Positions 9,277-25,191 of a stretch of 64,000 nt of DNA are shown one piece after another. Below the pieces are notes generated by a model. The model was given only the letters and a program-made list of their open reading frames with translations, was not told where the DNA came from and ran no database searches. This DNA is from Polyangiaceae bacterium. Its GTDB lineage: Bacteria > Myxococcota_A > Polyangia > Polyangiales > Polyangiaceae. Position 1 is the first letter of the stretch; every line of letters starts with the position of its first letter. Where the stretch lies: assembly GCA_044376115.1 (NCBI GenBank), contig JBILLK010000004.1, positions 128,001-192,000 of the forward strand. The letters are read 5' to 3'. A program made the position numbers and the translations under genes.

Positions 9277-9357
9277 GGGGCGGGTTCGTAGTCGAGCCTC
9301 ACCGCGAAGGGAGAAAAAAGAGCGCAAGCTGCGTGCAGCTGGGCTCTACTGCGCGGC

Positions 9358-9711
9358 ATGAAGCTCCGCACCTTGCCCGTTCTGCTCACCCTCGCCCTCG
9401 CAGCCTGTAGCCCCAGCGCAGAGGATGAGGCCAAGATGAAGGAGATGATGCAGCTCGAGGCCGACCAAGCAGCGCTGATTGAGAAGTCACCGATCGACTG
9501 CAAAAAGCTCGAGGGCGAGCTTGCCACCTTCAGCAAATCCACCGCCGACAAGCGCAAAGAAGTCAACGCTTGGTGGAACGGGCTGAGCAGCGGCAAAAGG
9601 GAGAAGCTCTTGGATTCGCACAAGGACGACAAATACAAACTCGCGATGGCGATGATGAAGGCCGTTCCCTGCCTCGACGCCATCAAGCAAGGGATGAAGG
9701 CGGGGGACTGA
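9358..9711 (+). CDS. Hypothetical helical lipoprotein
   Basis: Lipobox LAAC after a hydrophobic stretch; two further Cys. Confidence 0.8.
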   Translation: MKLRTLPVLLTLALAACSPSAEDEAKMKEMMQLEADQAALIEKSPIDCKKLEGELATFSKSTADKRKEVNAWWNGLSSGKREKLLDSHKDDKYKLAMAMMKAVPCLDAIKQGMKAGD

Positions 9712-9738
9712 GCTCGCTAAACCGTGCGCGCGCCCGCT

Positions 9739-11319
9739 TCAGCGGCGCGCGCTCGACCGAGGGCGCTCCACCAATTCGGCCGCTTCGGCGCTGCGGTAGG
9801 TCGCCACGTCTTCGGTGTGGCCCTGCTCCTCCGCCGAACGCGCCATCAGCGCCCACACCCGTGCGCGCTCAGCGCCTGGCCGCGAAAGTGAGAGCGCGTC
9901 TTTGAGACAACGTTGCGCGGACGAGTAGTCCTTCGTCACGAGGTGCGCCTCGCCCAACTTGGCGCTGAACAAACCGACGACGTGAATCGGGTCGTCGAGC
10001 GTGCCTTCATCCAGATCTTTGCGCGCCAACTCGATGCCGCGCTTGAGCGCGGTCACAGCGCCGTGCGCGTCGCCCATTTTCAACCGTGCATGGGCGATCT
10101 GTTCAAGGAAGACCAGCGCGCTCGGCGTGTCCCCGCCTTGTTCCGCCTCGAGGATCAACTTCTCCACCTGGAGTTTCGCGCTCAAACTGCGAGGGTCCCG
10201 ACCGACCTCCGGTGGGGTTGCCTCTTTCTTCGGCCGAGGCGTGAAGCTGTCGCGTTCGAGCGGAAGACCGCACTCACCACAAAAGCGAGAGAGCGGGCCA
10301 TTAAGACCACCACAAGACTGGCACGGCCGAAGGGTCGTACGGCCCCACGAACGAGCATCCGATTGCGCGCGTTCGCCGGTGCGGTGAGCAACGATTTCGC
10401 GAAGCGCCTCGGCGAAGTCGGCGGCCGACGCGAAGCGGTCATCCGGCCGCTTTTGCATGGCCTTGATGATCACCTCGTCCAAACCGTAATGGACACGGTC
10501 TGGCGCGAGCTCCGCGATGTTCGGGATCGCCTCGGTCACGTGCTTCTCGAGCAGCTTCTGCGGGTCTTCGTCACGGAACGGCAGCGACCCGACCGTCATC
10601 TCGAAGAGGATGATGCCACACGCGTAGAGGTCGGTGCGCCCGTCGGTATCGAGCGCCATCGCCTGCTCCGGTGAGATGTACTCGGGCGTCCCGAAGACCG
10701 CGCCGTCGGGGGTCGAGAGATTGCGGCGCAGCTTGGCTAGACCGAAGTCCACCACCTTCACCAAGTCCCCACCGCCACGTTGAGGAAGCACCAAGATATT
10801 CGCCGGTTTTAAGTCACGGTGAACAACCGAAAGACCGTGCGCTTCATCCAAAGCGCTGAGGATCTGCAGCACGATGTCGAGCACTCGCGTAACCGGCTGG
10901 AGCGGTTCTTGCATCAGGATGATCTCGAGATCCTGACCGTCGAGCAGCTCCATCACGAAGTAGGGCCGACCGTCGGGGGCCTGGCCGAAGTCATAGACGC
11001 GAACGCAGTTTGGATGATTGAGCGCGCTTGCGGCGCGCGCCTCGTTCTTGAACCGCTCCACCATTGCGGGGTTCTGCACGAGACCCGCGCTCATCATTTT
11101 GATGGCCACCGAGCGGCCGAGGTTCGACTGCTCACCTCGGTACACGCGGCCCATCGACCCTTCAGCGATGAACTCGACTACGCGGTACCCGCCGGCGAGC
11201 GTGCGGCCGATGATGGGGTCACGCTCCGAAACCTCAGCGGCCACCAACTTGGCTCCGCACTCGGAACAAAAGGTGTCCGTGTCTTTCGCTGAACTTTTAC
11301 AGTTGCTGCAAACAGCCAT
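9739..11319 (-). CDS. Ser/Thr protein kinase with two zinc-ribbon motifs and a TPR-like tail
   Basis: CSNC...CSECG; GSMGRVY, VAIK, HRDLKPAN, DFG, YISPEQ; CQSCG...CGECG; helical C-terminus. Confidence 0.92.
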   Translation of the reverse strand: MAVCSNCKSSAKDTDTFCSECGAKLVAAEVSERDPIIGRTLAGGYRVVEFIAEGSMGRVYRGEQSNLGRSVAIKMMSAGLVQNPAMVERFKNEARAASALNHPNCVRVYDFGQAPDGRPYFVMELLDGQDLEIILMQEPLQPVTRVLDIVLQILSALDEAHGLSVVHRDLKPANILVLPQRGGGDLVKVVDFGLAKLRRNLSTPDGAVFGTPEYISPEQAMALDTDGRTDLYACGIILFEMTVGSLPFRDEDPQKLLEKHVTEAIPNIAELAPDRVHYGLDEVIIKAMQKRPDDRFASAADFAEALREIVAHRTGERAQSDARSWGRTTLRPCQSCGGLNGPLSRFCGECGLPLERDSFTPRPKKEATPPEVGRDPRSLSAKLQVEKLILEAEQGGDTPSALVFLEQIAHARLKMGDAHGAVTALKRGIELARKDLDEGTLDDPIHVVGLFSAKLGEAHLVTKDYSSAQRCLKDALSLSRPGAERARVWALMARSAEEQGHTEDVATYRSAEAAELVERPRSSARR

Positions 11320-11347
11320 CGGAGAGCGGCAGCATAGCAACTAGGTC

Positions 11348-11363
11348 TGGCGTAAGGACAGCT
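11348..11363 (+). promoter_or_regulatory. Possible sigma54-type promoter for the OmpA-FecR-kinase-cyclase operon
   Basis: TGGCGTAAGGACAGCT has the GG-N10-GC spacing but a weak overall match. Confidence 0.25.
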
Positions 11364-11483
11364 ATTCGCATGCGCGCTCACGAGTGCCACGATTTCTCGT
11401 CGAGAAGGCCCAGCGGCATCCACGCCCGAGGAAATTTGCAATATGAACACTCACATGCACCGCTGCTGCAGGGCTCATAGAAG

Positions 11484-13208
11484 ATGGTCAGCGCGACAGG
11501 AATGACCGCGGCCCTCGCATCGAAGGGCAGCCAGCCTGCTGAACCGTCTGCGTTACGGCTCCGCGGGGGTTTGCTGTCCTTGATGCTGCTCGCGGCCTCG
11601 CCCCAAGCGCTCCACGCCCAAGAGTCGACACCGCTTGATCGATTTCAACCCTCGGTAACGGGCGACGCACAGGTCGCGGTGCCCGGCGCGTTCGTCGAAG
11701 GTTGGCTGCGGACCACCTTCGCGGCGTGGTTCAGCTACGCCAATTCACCTTTGGTGCTGGCGGATGGCGCGAGCCAAGACACGCTCCGGCGCGTCGTCGA
11801 GCACCAGCTGGTCGTGCGGGTGCAAGCGGCAGTGGCGCTGGTAGAACGAGTTCTCGTTCACGTGGACGTGCCGGTGACGGTGTTAGCGCAAGGTGAGCCG
11901 CTCTCGAGTCTGGCCAAGTCCGAAGCGTTTGGCGAGCCAGCCTCTGCGGCGATGGAAGATCTTCGCCTCGGTGGCCGCTTCGCCATGCTCAAGCCCGACG
12001 GCTGGCTGCCGGGGGCGAGCTTCGGATTGTGGCTCTTTCTGCCAACCGGCCGCGACGACTCGTACACCTCCGCAGGCAGCGTCCGCGCTGCGCCGCACGT
12101 CTCCCTCGGAGCCACCTGGGGCCCGGTGACCTGGACCACCGCGGTTGGCCGGACGTTCTACCCGAACGCAGCCCGCACCGCTGAAGGCGGCCTGCTAGGA
12201 AGCGACGTAACGCTGGGATTTGGCGCCGCGGTCGAGGTGGATCGGTTTCACTTCGGCGCGGAGACGAACCTCAACGTTCGAACCGACGAGCCGGTCCCGA
12301 GCGCACCGCGAACCGTAAGCGGGGAAGCTCTCGCGTCCGCCCGCGCCGACGTTGGCCCCCTCACCTTCTCCCTCGCGGGCGGGCCTGGCTTGGGGCAAGC
12401 CCCGGGCACGCCGACGTTCCGTATTTTGTCGGGCATCGCGCTTTCCTACGACCCGGTGGAAGCGCCCAAACCGCCGCCCGACCCGGCGCCAAAGCCCGCC
12501 GAGGTTGCCTCGACGAAGCCCGCAAAAGAGCCCAGCGAAGCCGCGACGCGCGCTCTCGCTCAGCTCGAAGCGCAGGTCGCAACCGCGAGGCCGCTCAATG
12601 AACCTGCATCCGGCGCATCCGACCGCGACGGCGACTCCGTGTTTGATGCGGTTGATCCCTGCCCCGAGGTCGCCGGTCCGGTGCGCGGTTCTCCTGCGAC
12701 CGACGGCTGCCCGCTCGATGGCGACAAAGACGGCGTAGCTGACCTCGAGGACGCCTGCCCCCAGGTCGGCGGGTCGCGTTCGGCGGACCCGAAACAAAAT
12801 GGCTGCCCGACTTCGGTGCGCGTCGAGGGAGACCGACTCGCGCTGATGAGTCCGATCTTGTTCGAGACCAATAGCGCAACCATCGCAGCCGACTCGCTGC
12901 CGCTGCTCGAACAAATCGTCAAGACGCTGCAAGGCGAACCAAGCATCTTGCGCGTGGCTGTCGACGGGCACACCGACAATCGCGGTCTTCCGCGACGCAA
13001 CTTGGAGCTGTCCCGACTGCGCGCTGTCGCTGTGGTGCGCTGGCTCAACGAGCATGGCGTCGATCCGCTGCGCACCGAGGCGCGCGGATTCGGTGCACGT
13101 GTCCCCATCGATACGAACAAGACCGAGGAAGGTCGGCTCAAGAACCGTCGCGTCGAGATCGTGATTCTCAAGCGCGCCACCGCGAACGCGCGTCAGGAGT
13201 CGCAATGA
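11484..13208 (+). CDS. OmpA-family outer membrane protein (beta-barrel + TSP3-like Ca-binding repeats + OmpA_C), TraB-like architecture
   Basis: Beta-strand-rich N-terminal part; Pro linker; DRDGDSVFDAVDPCP and DGDKDGVADLEDACP; ILFETNS, DGHTD, NLELSRLRA, NRRVEI. Start uncertain. Confidence 0.88.
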   Translation: MVSATGMTAALASKGSQPAEPSALRLRGGLLSLMLLAASPQALHAQESTPLDRFQPSVTGDAQVAVPGAFVEGWLRTTFAAWFSYANSPLVLADGASQDTLRRVVEHQLVVRVQAAVALVERVLVHVDVPVTVLAQGEPLSSLAKSEAFGEPASAAMEDLRLGGRFAMLKPDGWLPGASFGLWLFLPTGRDDSYTSAGSVRAAPHVSLGATWGPVTWTTAVGRTFYPNAARTAEGGLLGSDVTLGFGAAVEVDRFHFGAETNLNVRTDEPVPSAPRTVSGEALASARADVGPLTFSLAGGPGLGQAPGTPTFRILSGIALSYDPVEAPKPPPDPAPKPAEVASTKPAKEPSEAATRALAQLEAQVATARPLNEPASGASDRDGDSVFDAVDPCPEVAGPVRGSPATDGCPLDGDKDGVADLEDACPQVGGSRSADPKQNGCPTSVRVEGDRLALMSPILFETNSATIAADSLPLLEQIVKTLQGEPSILRVAVDGHTDNRGLPRRNLELSRLRAVAVVRWLNEHGVDPLRTEARGFGARVPIDTNKTEEGRLKNRRVEIVILKRATANARQESQ

Positions 13209-15522
13209 CGCGTCTCAAGTTCCGCTTACGTACGCTGTGGCTGGCCACCGCCGGCGCAGTCGCGCTCGCGCCCTACCAAGCCGCGAGCGACGAGTACCCC
13301 GAGGAGGTGTTGCAGTGGGGCGTGTCCAAGGGGGACAGCTGCGAAGACATCGCCAAGGCCGTATACGGCAGCGCGCGGCACGCTCACCTCGTGACGCGAT
13401 ACAACCGCGTGGTCTGTACGCCGGGCGCGCCGCTCGAACCAGGCACCATCGTGTTGCCCGCTCACGTGAGCGAAGTGACGCGGGCGCGCCTCAGCTCGCT
13501 TGCGCCCGAGGTTCGACACAAGCCACCGGGTGGCGGTTGGGGCAGCGCGAGCGCGGGCCAAGGGCTCGCCGACAACAGCAGCGTGAACACACTGCAGAAG
13601 GCCAACGCCACCATCCAATTCCTGGATCAGACGCGCATCTTGTTGGCGGAGAACACCCTCGTCGTGATCTTTGGGACGGCTGCGCAAAGCACTGTGGGCC
13701 GCACTCCGAAGACGGTCGCGGCCGACGTATCAGTGGATGAAGGCGAGGTGAAAGCGGCCCTCGCCGCGCTGCGCGGCGAGCAAGAGACGATCGAGATCGA
13801 CGTCGCCGGCGGCGCGCGGGTGAGCGCTGCATCGCGCGACACGGTGGTCGCGAAAAAGGGCGACCGGACCAACGTGTCGGTGTTCGACGGGAAGAGCAAG
13901 GTCACCTCGAACCGCCAATCGGTCGAGGTCGGGCGCGGCTTCGGCACGCGCTTCAAGAGAGGGCAAACGCCCGAACCAGCGCGCGAGCTGCCCAAGGCTC
14001 CAGCCTGGAAGGGCGAGCTACCGCGCATCACCTTGGCCGACTTCGGACAGGGCGTGCTCTCGACCTCGTGGGAACCAACCACCGACGCCGTGGCCTACCG
14101 CGTCGAGATCGCGACCGATCCTGAGTTTTGGCGGCTGCTGGCCCGCGAGGAAGTGGGTCCCGACGTCACCAACTTCCGCGCGGAGAACCTGCCTCCGGGC
14201 GACTACTTCGTGCGGGTGCGTGTGCTCGACAAGGACGACTTTCTCGGTTGGCCCACCGAGTCGCGCACCACCACGGTCGTGGGCGTGGCTTTTGGCGAGG
14301 GCGGCGGTCGGGTCGAAGCGGACGGCAAGCTCTTGCTCCACCCGTATGGGCAACTCGCGCTCTCGCAGAAGTCGGCGGCGATGGGCGTTTCGTTCGACGG
14401 CGGTAAGCCGCTGCCCGCCGCCGAGGTGATCGAATTCGGCCAACTCCGCCCCCAAACCATAGCGTTCAATCTGGGCGAATCCGCACAGAACTACGCGATC
14501 AACTACCTTGAGGTCGCCGCCCGTATCAACACCGTCGACGCGGGTCCGGCCGAGGCGTTACAAATCGAGTTCGAGGGCATCTCCGACACGGCGACGTTCT
14601 CGCGGGTGCAGCCGACGCTGCTGCTCATGGACGGTGAAAACGCAACCACGCGCGTCCCGTTGACCGCCGCGACCTTCGAGGCGGGCCACGCTCGCGTCAG
14701 CCTGCCGCGTCCCAAGGGCGCGCTCGCGGCGCTGGTCGTCGACGGTTGGAACCGCTCGCTTGGGAGTTGGCGAGCCGCCGACGTCGAAGCCCCAACGCCG
14801 AATCAAGGCCCTGGGCAACCAGCCTCAGCTCAGCGACCGCTCGGCCCGCTCGTACCGGTTTGGTCGGTCGACCCAGCCATCCCACGGCTTTGGGCGCCGA
14901 CTGCGGAGAACGCGTTCTTCGTGTCGACGGCAGTAGAGCAACCGCTCGCGGGCTCCGGTTCGTTTCAAGGGCTGATTCAAGTGAGCGGCAATGTTGAAGC
15001 CCTCAGCCTCGAGGCCTCGGTGCGCAGCGAAGATTCGGTCGCTGGACGCTCCAGCAACGAGGTCGCATGGCTGGGTGGACGCTATCGCGTGCTCGAACTC
15101 TCGGACGGTAGTTTCGAGCTGGGACCCGCGCTTCGTTTCGGCATTCCAACGTCGGATCTCGGGCCGTCTTTCCAGGCGGAGCTCGGGGCCGCCGCCGGCG
15201 GTCGCGCTGGGATCTTCCGTTGGCTCGCCAGCATGACCTTCGATCTGGACGGAGCGCCCGCGGCCTATGCTTACGTGCCAGGGCTTGCACTCGGACTCAT
15301 GGTCGAACCGCTGCGCTGGTTCCGCGCCTACGTTGCGCTCGACGGCTATGCGACCCAGGTGCCAAACACGGAGAGCAGCGCTGAACGCTTCGCGGGTGGG
15401 CTCTCGCTAGGCGCCGAGGCCGGCAAATGGGTCTTCGGCGCGGTCGGCGCGCGAGCCACACCGTTTGAATCGCCGGCGGCCGCGCTCAGTTTCTACGCGG
15501 CGTTGGGCGTACGTGCCGAGCC

Positions 15523-15526
<4 letters not shown>
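13205..15526 (+). CDS. Exported LysM-like + FecR + FN3-like protein with probable C-terminal beta-barrel
   Basis: Signal peptide; VSKGDSCEDIAKAVYG...YN...LEPGTIVLP (LysM-like); VNTLQKANATIQFLDQTRILLAENT (FecR-like); SWEP...YRVEIATDPEF...GDYFVRVR (FN3-like); amphipathic strands at the C-terminus. ATGA overlap with the upstream gene. Confidence 0.75.
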
Positions 15527-16952
<1,426 letters not shown>

Positions 16953-16953
<1 letters not shown>

Positions 16954-18680
16954 TGCGCGTTACGACCAAGGCGGTACTACTTTTTGGCGTGGTGGCGCTG
17001 GTACCGGCGGTGCTGCCGCTTCCGATCGTGTTGCCCAACTACGCCGACGCCCTGCTGGTAGCCGCGCAGAACGAGCAGCTGCTAGTCGCAAAGGAGGCGC
17101 AGTCGGCCGTGGACGATCATCTGGGGCGAGCGCTGGAAGACGGCCGCATGCTGGCCGCGGTGTTCTCGCAAGCGTCACGCGTTGACCCCGATCAGGGCGC
17201 CCAAGCGGTGAAGCTCAGCTTCGACGCACAACGCAGCTTTGACGTCGCGCGGTTGGTGGTGCTTCGCGGTGACACGCCGCGAAGCACGCTGTTTGCGAAG
17301 GCGGGCGCAGACAAAGCTGCAGCGCCCGAGGCGGTGGTCACGCTGCTGAAGGCCGCCGATGAACAGCCTTACGTCGCCGAGTTCTTGGATTCGAAGCGGC
17401 TTGTGTTGGTGTTTGCGCTCGAACGCACCAGCGCATCCGCGCCGAAAGGCTACTTGGTGCTGCCTCTTTATTTGCAGCCCATCGAGCTGGCGCTCGAGTC
17501 GCATGCGGCGCTTCGCCTGAAAGACGGCGCTGAGTTGTTCGTGGTCGACGGCGAGCGCAAGTTGGTCGCGGCTCCTCCCCAAAACATGCGCGCGCGACGC
17601 AAAGACGTCGGCGAGCTATGCACGCTATCCCTCCTTTCGGGGCTACCGAGCGGGCCGCCGGTAGGCGTGAGCGGGGTCTGCAACGAGAACGGTGGCGTGG
17701 TCGGCGCCGTTCAAACCACCGCCAACCTGCAGTGGGCAGTGGTGATCGCCCAACCGAAGGCCTTGGTCCTGAGCGAATACGAGGCCACCCGGCGCGTGCT
17801 CGTGTTTGCAGCGCTCGGCTCGGCCGCCGTCGCGATGCTGCTCGCTCTGCTCGCGGGCCGAGGCGTTACGCGGCCGGTCCTGCGTTTGGTCGATCAAGCT
17901 CGTCGCATTGGCGCGCGCGGCTGGGAAAGGCTGTTGCCGCACAGCGGACGCAGCGACGAACTCGGTGAGCTCGAGACCGAGCTCTTGGCCGCCGGCAACG
18001 GGCTCGCTGCGCAAGAGAAGCAGCTCGCTCGCGAGGCGCGGGTGCGCTCGGATCTATCGCGGTTTCTCAGCCCGGAGCTGGTTGAGCGGGCCGTCAGCGG
18101 CGAGCTCGACATGCGCCTCGGCGGCAAACGCCAGGAGATCTCGGTGCTGTTCGCCGACGTGGTGGCCTTTACGCCGCTCGCCGAGAAGCGCCCCGCCGAA
18201 GAGACGGTGGCCATCCTCAACGAGCTGTTCGGGTTGCTCACCGAGATCGTGTTTCGGCACGGAGGCTTTGTCGACAAGTTCATCGGGGACGCGGTGATGG
18301 CGGTATTTGGCGCGCCCGATGAGCTCGCCGACCACGCCGACAAAGCGCTCGCTTGCGCCGAGGACATGATGCGCTTCCTGGAGGTAGCCGCGGCAAACTT
18401 CGAGCAGACGCACAAGGTCAGCCTGCGCCTGTCGATCGGCGTCAACTCGGGCGAAGCTGTGGTCGGCAACATCGGCTCGGAGCGCCGCATGGACTACACG
18501 GCGATCGGCGACGTGGTGAACGTGGCTGCACGCCTGGAGACCTTGGCGCAGCCCAACCAGGTGCTCGTCGGAGAAGGCACTCGCAGCCGCACGCAAGCAG
18601 CCTTCGAGCTACGCAAGCTCGGCAGTCGGCGGCTGGTTGGCCGCGAGGACGAGACGGTGGTGTACGAGCTCGTGGTCTGA
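16953..18680 (+). CDS. Membrane-bound class III adenylate cyclase (periplasmic Cache-like sensor, HAMP)
   Basis: Two TM helices; HAMP (VTRPVLRL...RSDELGEL); VLFADVVAFT, DKFIGDAVMAVFG, DYTAIGDVVNVAARLE. TGATG overlap. Confidence 0.92.
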
Positions 18681-18801
18681 AGCAGCTTTCGCTCGCAGTT
18701 CGTCGGTTTCAGCGCAGGAAATTCCAGCCCCTGAACAGCCTGCTAGTCATGGCCATCACTTCGTGTTAACTGCGCGCAGCCTTCCGTCGCGAAAGACGTG
18801 A

Positions 18802-20301
<1,500 letters not shown>

Positions 20302-20303
20302 TC

Positions 20304-20822
20304 ATGGCCGACGCGATCAAACTCGAAATCGTCACTCCCACCGGCGTGGAGTTCTCTCGGGACGTGCTGGATGTGAGCGCGCCCACGGTCGACGGGGAGA
20401 TCGGCATTCTACCGGGCCACTTACCGCTTCTGGCTGCTGTCAGGACGGGAGTGGCTACGGTCAAGCCGGCTGGTGGAGAGAAGGAGGCGCTTCGTTTCGC
20501 CGTGTTCCACGGTGTTTTCGAGGTCGCCAACGACAAAGCTCTGCTGCTCACGGAGCGCTTCCTCCGCAAGGAGGACGTTGAGGTGGTCACCGTGCGCGCT
20601 CGCTTCAAAGAGGTGGACGAGGAGCTGCTTGCCTGGTCCGGAGAGCTGGACAGTCCGGAGCGGTTCGCGCTGATCGAGGAAGAGCAGTGGCTCGCCGCCC
20701 AGCTCGAGCTGATCGGCGATCCGCCGGCTCCGGCCACCCGCGAGGTCACTCGCTTCCAGGCCAAAGAAGTCGAGTGGACGCCTCCGCAAGAGGCCGAGTC
20801 CGAAGAGTCCGAGCCCTCGTGA
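20304..20822 (+). CDS. atpC: F0F1 ATP synthase subunit epsilon
   Basis: LEIVTP, GEIGILPGHLP, GVFEV; 2 nt downstream of atpD. Confidence 0.95.
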   Translation: MADAIKLEIVTPTGVEFSRDVLDVSAPTVDGEIGILPGHLPLLAAVRTGVATVKPAGGEKEALRFAVFHGVFEVANDKALLLTERFLRKEDVEVVTVRARFKEVDEELLAWSGELDSPERFALIEEEQWLAAQLELIGDPPAPATREVTRFQAKEVEWTPPQEAESEESEPS

Positions 20823-20848
20823 CGTCGCGGGGCTAAGCTCCAGCGCGC

Positions 20849-22768
20849 GTGATACCTCCCGATACCCTCGCCCGCCTCAAGGAGAGAACCGACATCGTCT
20901 CGCTGATTGGCGAGACGGTGCGTCTCACTCGACGCGGGCGAAGCTTTACCGGGTTGTGTCCCTTTCACAAGGAGAAGAGCCCGAGCTTCCACGTTCACCC
21001 GGAGCGCGGCTTTTTCCACTGTTTCGGCTGCCAAGAGAGCGGTAGCGCGATCGACTTCGTGATGAAGACCAGCGGCCTCGAGTTCATCGAGGCCGTGCGC
21101 TATCTCGCTGCCAAAGTCGGCGTCGAGATCGAGGAGGTCGACAGCCGCGAGCGTCAGAAGTCGCGCTCTGAGCGTGACGAAGTGTTCGCCGCGTTGCAGC
21201 TCGCGGCGACCTACTTCGAAGGTTGCTTGGGTCGCGGAGAACTGAGCGGTCAGCGTCATGCGCTCGCCCCTTTGGCGGTGGAAGAGCTCAGGAAGCGCGG
21301 GATGCCGGCCGAAGCGCTAGCGGCGGATCCCCCGGAAGAAGCTCGCGCTTGGGCCACCGCATTGGCCGAGTTTCGGCTCGGATACGCGCCGGCCAACTGG
21401 GATGCGTTGGCGAAGCACCTCGCCCAACAGGGCATTCGGCCGGCGATCGGTGAGCGAGCCGGCCTGCTGGTGACCGGCCAACGTGGTCACTACGACCGCT
21501 TTCGACACCGGCTGATGTTCGCCGTCGTCGACACCATGGGGCGCGTGATCGCCTTCTCCGGGCGCGCCCTGAGAGCCCCCACTCGCGAGGAGGCCAGCGC
21601 AGCCGGTGGCTCGCTTCCGAGCTACGACGGGGAGGCTCCGGCGAAGTACATCAACAGCCCAGAGAGCATCGTCTACAAGAAGGGCGAACAACTATTCGGC
21701 CTGTTTCAGGCGAAACAAGGCATCCGCGCGCGCGGAGAGGCCTTGCTGGTGGAAGGCAACTTCGACGTCGTGACGCTGCACGCCGCAGGCTTCACTCACG
21801 CGACAGCACCGCTCGGGACGGCCTTCACCAGCGAGCAAGCCAAGCTACTGAAGCGCTTTGGGCCCAAGGTCGTGGTTGCCTTCGATGGTGACGCTGCAGG
21901 CAAGAAGGCCACCCGTGGTTCACGAGTGGCGCTGCGTGAGGGCGCGCTCGACGCGCGGGTTGCGACCATGCCGCCTGGCATGGACCCCGACGCCTTTCTA
22001 CGCAGTGAGGGCCCGGCAAAGTTTGAGGCCTTGCTCACGCGTGCGCTGCCACTGCTGGAGTACCTGATCAATGACGCACTCGATGGCGACAACTTCGGCG
22101 GAGCTTCGATGACCGAGCGCGTCGCACGCGTTCGTGCCGTTACCGAGATCCTGCGCGATGAACCAGATCCCAACTTGCGCCTGATGGCGAAACGCTTCGC
22201 CGATCAGCTCTCCAGCAAGCTGGTGGTTGGCAACGCCCCGGCCGAAGACCTGCTCGAGCTCGAACGCTTGGTGGACAGCGCTTTCCGTACGCCGCCCGAA
22301 CGGCCGACCCAAACCAAACCAGTCCACAAGGGTCCGCCGTTGGATCGGGTCTCGGTGGCCATCGTCGGTGCGTTGCTCGACTTCCCTGAGCTACTGAACG
22401 ACGAGGAGCTCGAGGCCGAACTCGCGGCGCTGCAAGGGGACGCGGCCATGGCCATTGTTGCCATTAGGCAACAATTAGTTGTCTCAGGAGCAACCCGTCA
22501 GGCCAACAGCGATTTTCTTGCGACTCTGCCGCTTTCGATCCAAACCTTCGCAACTGGACGCTTCGCTTCACCGCTTTTCAATGATGCTCCTTCGGCGCGT
22601 GCCGAGCTTATGGAAAACATTAAGAAACTTAAAGATTTAGCCTGTCGTCAGCAGAACGATATCGCCAGAGAAGCCCTAGAAAAATCCGCGTCGGCGGACG
22701 ATGAGTTTGCTCTCCTCCGAGAGATTCAACATCGAGCGAGAAGGAAACACGGACTTCCCGGGAGCTAG
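20849..22768 (+). CDS. dnaG: DNA primase
   Basis: CPFHKEKSPSF...FHCFGC zinc finger, KYINSPE, VEGNFD, FDGDAAG, DPD. Confidence 0.97.
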   Translation: MIPPDTLARLKERTDIVSLIGETVRLTRRGRSFTGLCPFHKEKSPSFHVHPERGFFHCFGCQESGSAIDFVMKTSGLEFIEAVRYLAAKVGVEIEEVDSRERQKSRSERDEVFAALQLAATYFEGCLGRGELSGQRHALAPLAVEELRKRGMPAEALAADPPEEARAWATALAEFRLGYAPANWDALAKHLAQQGIRPAIGERAGLLVTGQRGHYDRFRHRLMFAVVDTMGRVIAFSGRALRAPTREEASAAGGSLPSYDGEAPAKYINSPESIVYKKGEQLFGLFQAKQGIRARGEALLVEGNFDVVTLHAAGFTHATAPLGTAFTSEQAKLLKRFGPKVVVAFDGDAAGKKATRGSRVALREGALDARVATMPPGMDPDAFLRSEGPAKFEALLTRALPLLEYLINDALDGDNFGGASMTERVARVRAVTEILRDEPDPNLRLMAKRFADQLSSKLVVGNAPAEDLLELERLVDSAFRTPPERPTQTKPVHKGPPLDRVSVAIVGALLDFPELLNDEELEAELAALQGDAAMAIVAIRQQLVVSGATRQANSDFLATLPLSIQTFATGRFASPLFNDAPSARAELMENIKKLKDLACRQQNDIAREALEKSASADDEFALLREIQHRARRKHGLPGS

Positions 22769-23092
22769 CCCGCTCTGGGGGCCTCCGTCCTTCTTTTAAG
22801 GAATCGCCTGGAACGGAGTGGGCCTTTGGTGGAAGTTCTGCTAGAGCGGCTGATTCTCAAACCGTGCGGTGTTTGGGCCTGATTCAGCTCATAACCACTG
22901 CACATCGCAACTTCGCTTATTGACACGGGTCACCGCCGCTAGGCGCTGGCCAAACCAACAACCGGGATGACTGAGTGAACCTTCACCCAGCCCTTCCGGA
23001 TGAACCAGTCGACGGTCGACGTGCCTTCTGGCACTTCGGGCGTCGGCCCCAGATACGACGGTGCCCTGGCGGCACTTCTTGGAGTGAGACGG

Positions 23093-25186
<2,094 letters not shown>

Positions 25187-25191
25187 GCATC

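Noticed and set aside
11484..13208. traB of a TraAB kin-recognition locus
   Set aside because: The architecture is similar, but there is no upstream traA (PA14-like, Cys-rich, MYXO-CTERM) gene.
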